Below are positions 59,987 to 64,000 of a stretch of DNA of 64,000 bases, one piece after another; position 1 is the first letter of the stretch; the number at the start of each line of letters is the position of its first letter. The stretch is taken from contig CBFGJV010000009.1 of assembly GCA_965649205.1 (NCBI GenBank), forward strand, positions 18,661 to 82,660, in the 5' to 3' direction. The notes beneath the pieces were generated by a model, which saw only the letters and a program-made list of their open reading frames with translations, was not told the origin of the DNA and ran no database searches. The translations under genes and the position numbers were made by a program. The DNA is from a candidate division WOR-3 bacterium (GTDB taxonomy: Bacteria; Hydrothermota; Tepidihabitantia; Tepidihabitantales; Tepidihabitantaceae).

Positions 59987-61246
59987 TCATTCCTTCACCA
60001 CCGGCAGGTAAACAGAAAAAACCGTTCGGCCCTGTCGCGATTCCTTCAACACCAGTCTGCCCCGATGGTAGTCTTCCACAATCCTCTTCGCCAGGGCCAA
60101 TCCCACGCCCCAACCGTATTTCTTGGTAGTCACTCCCGGCTGGAATATCTTTTCCACCTTCACGCCCTCGCCCGTGTCTGTAACCTCTATCTCCAACATT
60201 CTCCCTCCCTCGGTCAAGCCTGTGCGTACGCCTATTTCTCCTTCCTGCTGACCTATGGCGTCCACACTGTTCTTGAGCAGATTCTCCAAAGTCCAGCACA
60301 GCAGTACCTCGTCCACGTGAACGCGAGGATCGGCTTCCAACTGCAACCGGAAACTGATGCTCCGCGGAGACCGACGTTGCACAAACGAAACCGAACGTTT
60401 GAGCATCTCGCCTACTCTCTGCGGCGTCAGCTTGGGCGGCAAACCTATGCGACTGAAACGGTCCAGCACTTCCTTCATCCTTTCCATATCCTGGCCCATC
60501 GCCTCCATCACTTCTTTGTCTCCGTTACAACGCAGCATCTCCATCCAGGCGGTAAGCGAGGACAAAGGCGTGGCCAACTGGTGAGCTGTCTCCTTTGCCA
60601 GTGCGGTCCAGATATGCTCCTGCTCCCTGCGCTTGTACACCAGTATCCCCCATACGCCAATAGTGACAAAACCGACGAGAAGAAACAGCTGCAATACAGA
60701 GAACAACCGCAGCGCGCGCACCGAGGCGGTCAAACTGGAATTTAACCGTCGCAGCACCAACGTGGAATTAGACAGCCCGTAATGAATCTTGCCCAAATCC
60801 CGGGAAGAATCGTCCTCCGGTACCATCAGGGGAATCGGCTCGTGCTGTTTGTCCAGTTCCTCTACCCATCTGCGCAGTTCTTCCGGCGTCGGATCCTCCA
60901 CCGGCAGATTGCGGTAGGAAACCGGATTGCCCAGCCGGTCGGTGATAATCACCGGAAAATCTATCTTCTTTATCACCTCCTCAAAAATGATGTCCAATTC
61001 AGGCGAACCGCCCGGCGAAGGCTCTGTCACCCTGCTCATGAACTTGGCATATATATTGGAACGCAACTGCGTGTCGCTCTCCAGCTGGGCAGACAGATTT
61101 CCCACATAATCCTGCCACAGCCGCGACAACCGCAACAACAGAAACTGAGAATAGAAAAACCAGAAACCTCCCACCACCAGTATCCCCAGAACAAAATAGA
61201 GCTGCAGAATTCTGGCGCTGAAACCGATTTTGGACGAAAGACGCAT
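59987..61246 (-). CDS. Membrane sensor histidine kinase
   Basis: Two TMs around a periplasmic domain; H-box AKETAHQLATPLSSL, ENLLKN, DTGEG, GWGVGL. Confidence 0.92.
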   Translation of the reverse strand: MRLSSKIGFSARILQLYFVLGILVVGGFWFFYSQFLLLRLSRLWQDYVGNLSAQLESDTQLRSNIYAKFMSRVTEPSPGGSPELDIIFEEVIKKIDFPVIITDRLGNPVSYRNLPVEDPTPEELRRWVEELDKQHEPIPLMVPEDDSSRDLGKIHYGLSNSTLVLRRLNSSLTASVRALRLFSVLQLFLLVGFVTIGVWGILVYKRREQEHIWTALAKETAHQLATPLSSLTAWMEMLRCNGDKEVMEAMGQDMERMKEVLDRFSRIGLPPKLTPQRVGEMLKRSVSFVQRRSPRSISFRLQLEADPRVHVDEVLLCWTLENLLKNSVDAIGQQEGEIGVRTGLTEGGRMLEIEVTDTGEGVKVEKIFQPGVTTKKYGWGVGLALAKRIVEDYHRGRLVLKESRQGRTVFSVYLPVVKE

Positions 61247-61258
61247 CAGACCTGCCTC

Positions 61259-61287
61259 ATACTAGAACCAAAGCCCGATACTGTCAA
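61259..61287 (-). promoter_or_regulatory. Promoter TTGACA-17-TAGTAT for kinase-porX
   Basis: Near-consensus; ends 12 nt before the kinase ATG. Confidence 0.65.
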
Positions 61288-61310
61288 ACCAGTTCCTCCT
61301 CAGTACAGAC

Positions 61311-63221
61311 TCAATCCGAGCTTCTACCGGGCTGACGGTGCGGTCTATTTCTGCGCTCTCTGCCGGCTGACCGCAGCAATGGCTTCAACCGTAAAATCCG
61401 CGCCAGCAGATCCCTTCTGCCCAGCCGGGTCAATTCCTGCTCCGCAATCACCATATTCTTCGGCTCGTGCAACTGCAGCAGAGCGCGCTGCAGCCTCTTT
61501 TCGGCAGCCGTACGGGCCACATGCAGCGACTTTCCTGTCAAAGGGTCCTTACCCGTGTAGTAGGCCACACCCGCCGCCGTCAACGGCAGAGGAGTGAACT
61601 GTTGTACCTGCCGGATGAAAAAACGCTCCACCCGTACAATGTACTCAGCCAGCTCCACCGCACTATCCACTGTGGCGCCGGGGTGGCCCGAAATGTAGTA
61701 CGGAATAAGATAAAGACGCGGTTGTCCCGCTGGCAGCGAACGGCTGATCGCAAAAAAACGGCGCCGAAAACTGTCGTATGCCCCGACCGCATACTTACGC
61801 ATTAACGCCAACACCGGGGCCGAAATATGCTCCGGTGCCACCCGTATCTGGCCCGATATATAGTGCTCGCACAACTGCGCCAGATACGCCTCCCCCTCCG
61901 CTCCCTCCAGCAGGTCGAACCTGATGCCAGTGCCGATCGAAACCTTCTTCACCCCGGGTAACCGCCTCACCGCTGCCAGCATTTCCAGCTGTTTTTCGTA
62001 TCCCAATCGCAAGTTGGGACAACGACGAGGAAAGATACACTCCCGCTCTCGACAAACCCTGCCCCGACTCATTTGCGCACAACTAGCCCCGTACATATTC
62101 GCACTGGGACCACCAATGTCAGTAATATGTCCCCGAAACTCCGGCAACTGGGAGATAGCCTGCGCCTCCCGCAATATGGACTCCGGACTGCGCCACTGGA
62201 TGATTCTGCCCTGATGAACTCGCAGAGAACAGAAGGAGCAAGACCCCAGACAACCCCGGTGCGAAGTCAGAGAAAATCTCACCGTTTCTAGAGCTGGCAC
62301 TCGTTCGCGATAACGGGGATGCGCGGCCCGTGCATACGGCAGTTCGTAGATATGATCCAACTCCTTCTGACTCAGAGGAGCCGGTACCGGATACTGGATA
62401 ACATACCTGTCAGCATGCTGCTGCACCACAATCTTCCCCTCAGGATTATCCGCTTCGCGATACCACAGCCGAAAGGCCTCCCCAAAACTCTTCTTACTCT
62501 CCCTCACCTCCTCCAGTGAAGGCAACAACACATACTCCCACTCCGGCAGACTCCGCGAAACCACACAGGTGCCTCGGATACCGGCAAGAAGAGAAGCTGG
62601 TATCGGTGAGACAGCTGCTTCGCCAACGTCGTGCGGGGAAATCTGTTCGCTTTTTTCTCTGGTATCCAGGCGCCGGGCAATCTCCACCACCTGCCTTTCC
62701 CCCATGCCGTACACTAGTATGTCCGCCTTGGCATCCAAAAGAATTGAACCACGTACCGTATTGTCCCAGTAGTCATAGTGCGCCAGACGCCGCAGGCTTG
62801 CTTCCACTCCACCCAGCACAAGTGGCACCTGTTTGAACAGTTGTCTGAGCTTATTGGCATAGACGATGCTCGCCCGGTTAGGCCGCAGCCCCGGCCTGCC
62901 TTGGGGTGAATAATCGTCTTCCTGACGCCGCTGCAGGTGAGAGCTGTAGTTCGCCACCATGGAGTCCACGTTGCCCGCCGTCACCCCGAAGAACAGTCTG
63001 GGCCTGCCCAGCTCAAGAAAGTCTATATCCTCGGTCCAGCGCGGTTGCGCTATAACCCCGGTACGAAAACCCGCATCGAGCAGCACCCGCACGATAACCG
63101 CCGCTCCAAAACTGGGATGATCAACATAGGCGTCTCCCGTGACTATGATGCAGTCGCACTGCTCCCAACCCAGTTCTTTCATTTCGGCTTGGGACATAGG
63201 AGGAAATGCAGGTTGCTTCAC
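61311..63221 (-). CDS. ygiQ: YgiQ-family (UPF0313) radical SAM protein
   Basis: GDAYVDHPSFG, DSMVANY, EASLRRLAHYDYW, RGCLGSCSFC, DIGGPSANM, PYYISGHPG; start uncertain (GTG 63221 chosen). Confidence 0.92.
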   Translation of the reverse strand: MKQPAFPPMSQAEMKELGWEQCDCIIVTGDAYVDHPSFGAAVIVRVLLDAGFRTGVIAQPRWTEDIDFLELGRPRLFFGVTAGNVDSMVANYSSHLQRRQEDDYSPQGRPGLRPNRASIVYANKLRQLFKQVPLVLGGVEASLRRLAHYDYWDNTVRGSILLDAKADILVYGMGERQVVEIARRLDTREKSEQISPHDVGEAAVSPIPASLLAGIRGTCVVSRSLPEWEYVLLPSLEEVRESKKSFGEAFRLWYREADNPEGKIVVQQHADRYVIQYPVPAPLSQKELDHIYELPYARAAHPRYRERVPALETVRFSLTSHRGCLGSCSFCSLRVHQGRIIQWRSPESILREAQAISQLPEFRGHITDIGGPSANMYGASCAQMSRGRVCRERECIFPRRCPNLRLGYEKQLEMLAAVRRLPGVKKVSIGTGIRFDLLEGAEGEAYLAQLCEHYISGQIRVAPEHISAPVLALMRKYAVGAYDSFRRRFFAISRSLPAGQPRLYLIPYYISGHPGATVDSAVELAEYIVRVERFFIRQVQQFTPLPLTAAGVAYYTGKDPLTGKSLHVARTAAEKRLQRALLQLHEPKNMVIAEQELTRLGRRDLLARILRLKPLLRSAGRERRNRPHRQPGRSSD

Positions 63222-63265
63222 CAACTTTTCCCTTTCCGGCCACTCCCTTTCTGGCTGTCCTTTAT

Positions 63266-64000
63266 CTATAGATTTCTGCTTCTCGCCCGCCAGCGCTTGA
63301 CCACCCGTTCTACATCCATTCCTCTTAATCCCTGTGACCACCATTTACTGTACTCCACATCGGCGCTATGCGGAGCGGGTTCGGGAAAATCAATCAGCAC
63401 GCGCGTGGGAATCGGCACCGCATCGCCCACTAGCAAAGCCTCCCCGGTCCGCAAGGCCGGCAACATAGCCATCAGTCCGGACAAGGCGTCCGGCACCAAC
63501 CGACGCACATACTGCTGGTCATCAGGATTAGTCAAACGCATGGCCACGAAGTTATTGCACTGCGCCAGAACCGTCTCTGACAACTCTGTCGGCCGCTGAC
63601 TCACAACCACAGCACCTACCCCGTATTTTCTACCCTCCTTTGCTATTCGTTCCACCGCGGTTTTGGCTGGCATAAGCCGGCCTTCGTCCTTCCGGGGTAC
63701 GTAGTTATGCGCCTCCTCAAAAACAATAAGAATCGGAAAACGGTCTTTGTCCGGGTTCCATTGATTAAACTCAAAGGCTATGCGTGACACCACCGCGGCA
63801 ACCACCGCCACCGCTTCTGCCGGCACACCGGAAAGGTCCAGAATCGCCATCCGTTTGCCCGTGTCTATGGAGAGAAAATCGGCCAAAAGCGTCCCCATGC
63901 TCGCATTGTCCTTGTATCGGCTGGGGGCAAACATAAAGGCAAACCTGGGGTCTGTAGTCTTGGACTCGAAGCGAATTAGGAACCGGTCAAACACGCCATA
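63266..64000 (-). CDS. HerA/DUF87-family ATPase, C-terminal part (5' end outside the window)
   Basis: ILDLSGVP, Walker B IVFEEAHNYVP, ERIAKEGRKYG, SQRP, RLTNPDDQ. Confidence 0.88.
   Translation of the reverse strand, partial: YGVFDRFLIRFESKTTDPRFAFMFAPSRYKDNASMGTLLADFLSIDTGKRMAILDLSGVPAEAVAVVAAVVSRIAFEFNQWNPDKDRFPILIVFEEAHNYVPRKDEGRLMPAKTAVERIAKEGRKYGVGAVVVSQRPTELSETVLAQCNNFVAMRLTNPDDQQYVRRLVPDALSGLMAMLPALRTGEALLVGDAVPIPTRVLIDFPEPAPHSADVEYSKWWSQGLRGMDVERVVKRWRARSRNL

Noticed and set aside
1-64000. CRISPR arrays, tRNA/rRNA, transposases, prophage, selenocysteine recoding
   Set aside because: No regularly spaced repeats, cloverleaf/T-loop motifs, DDE or integrase ORFs, or in-frame TGA interruptions of conserved genes were seen by eye.

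Overview
Gene-dense core-genome window of a diderm bacterium. The gene content (C-terminal T9SS/FlgD-like sorting tails, a Kelch+CTD surface protein, a PorX-like regulator) is consistent with an FCB-group lineage such as candidate division WOR-3; this assignment is inference. Layout: (1) 1-17.2 kb, mostly minus strand: grpE-dnaK-dnaJ-rsmE-rpsU-mutS2-dnaG-rpoD-yfcE-rsmI-pgsA-hflX, then rfbC-rfbB-ribBA-ribH, with a plus-strand ferredoxin between them. (2) 17.7-29 kb: a 1831-aa secreted beta-helix/FN3/Kelch protein, ZIP transporter, thermonuclease, M23 peptidase, and a cobalamin-riboswitch-controlled BtuB. (3) 29-40 kb, plus strand: cmk-plsC-ispH-rpsA-mtaB-skp fusion-fabZ-folC-M23. (4) 40-49.4 kb, minus strand: lptF-lptG, lipoproteins, an M14 peptidase, dCMP deaminase, lgt, comF. 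(5) 50-57.6 kb: plsY-gpsA-merR, a CTD protein, and a CoA-transferase/acyl-CoA dehydrogenase operon. (6) 57.6-64 kb: a kinase + PorX-like + PKD lipoprotein unit, ygiQ and a truncated HerA-like ATPase. No tRNA, rRNA, CRISPR array or intact mobile element was seen. The main unexplained signals are: a histidine kinase directly linked to an intact PorX/PglZ regulator; a promoter-driven rod-like ncRNA (6S-like); a shared palindromic element in the two long intergenic regions; apparent ATC starts and leaderless genes; a Skp fusion; a possibly heteromeric acyl-CoA dehydrogenase pair; and two small gene relics (hsdR N-terminus, orphan CTD).
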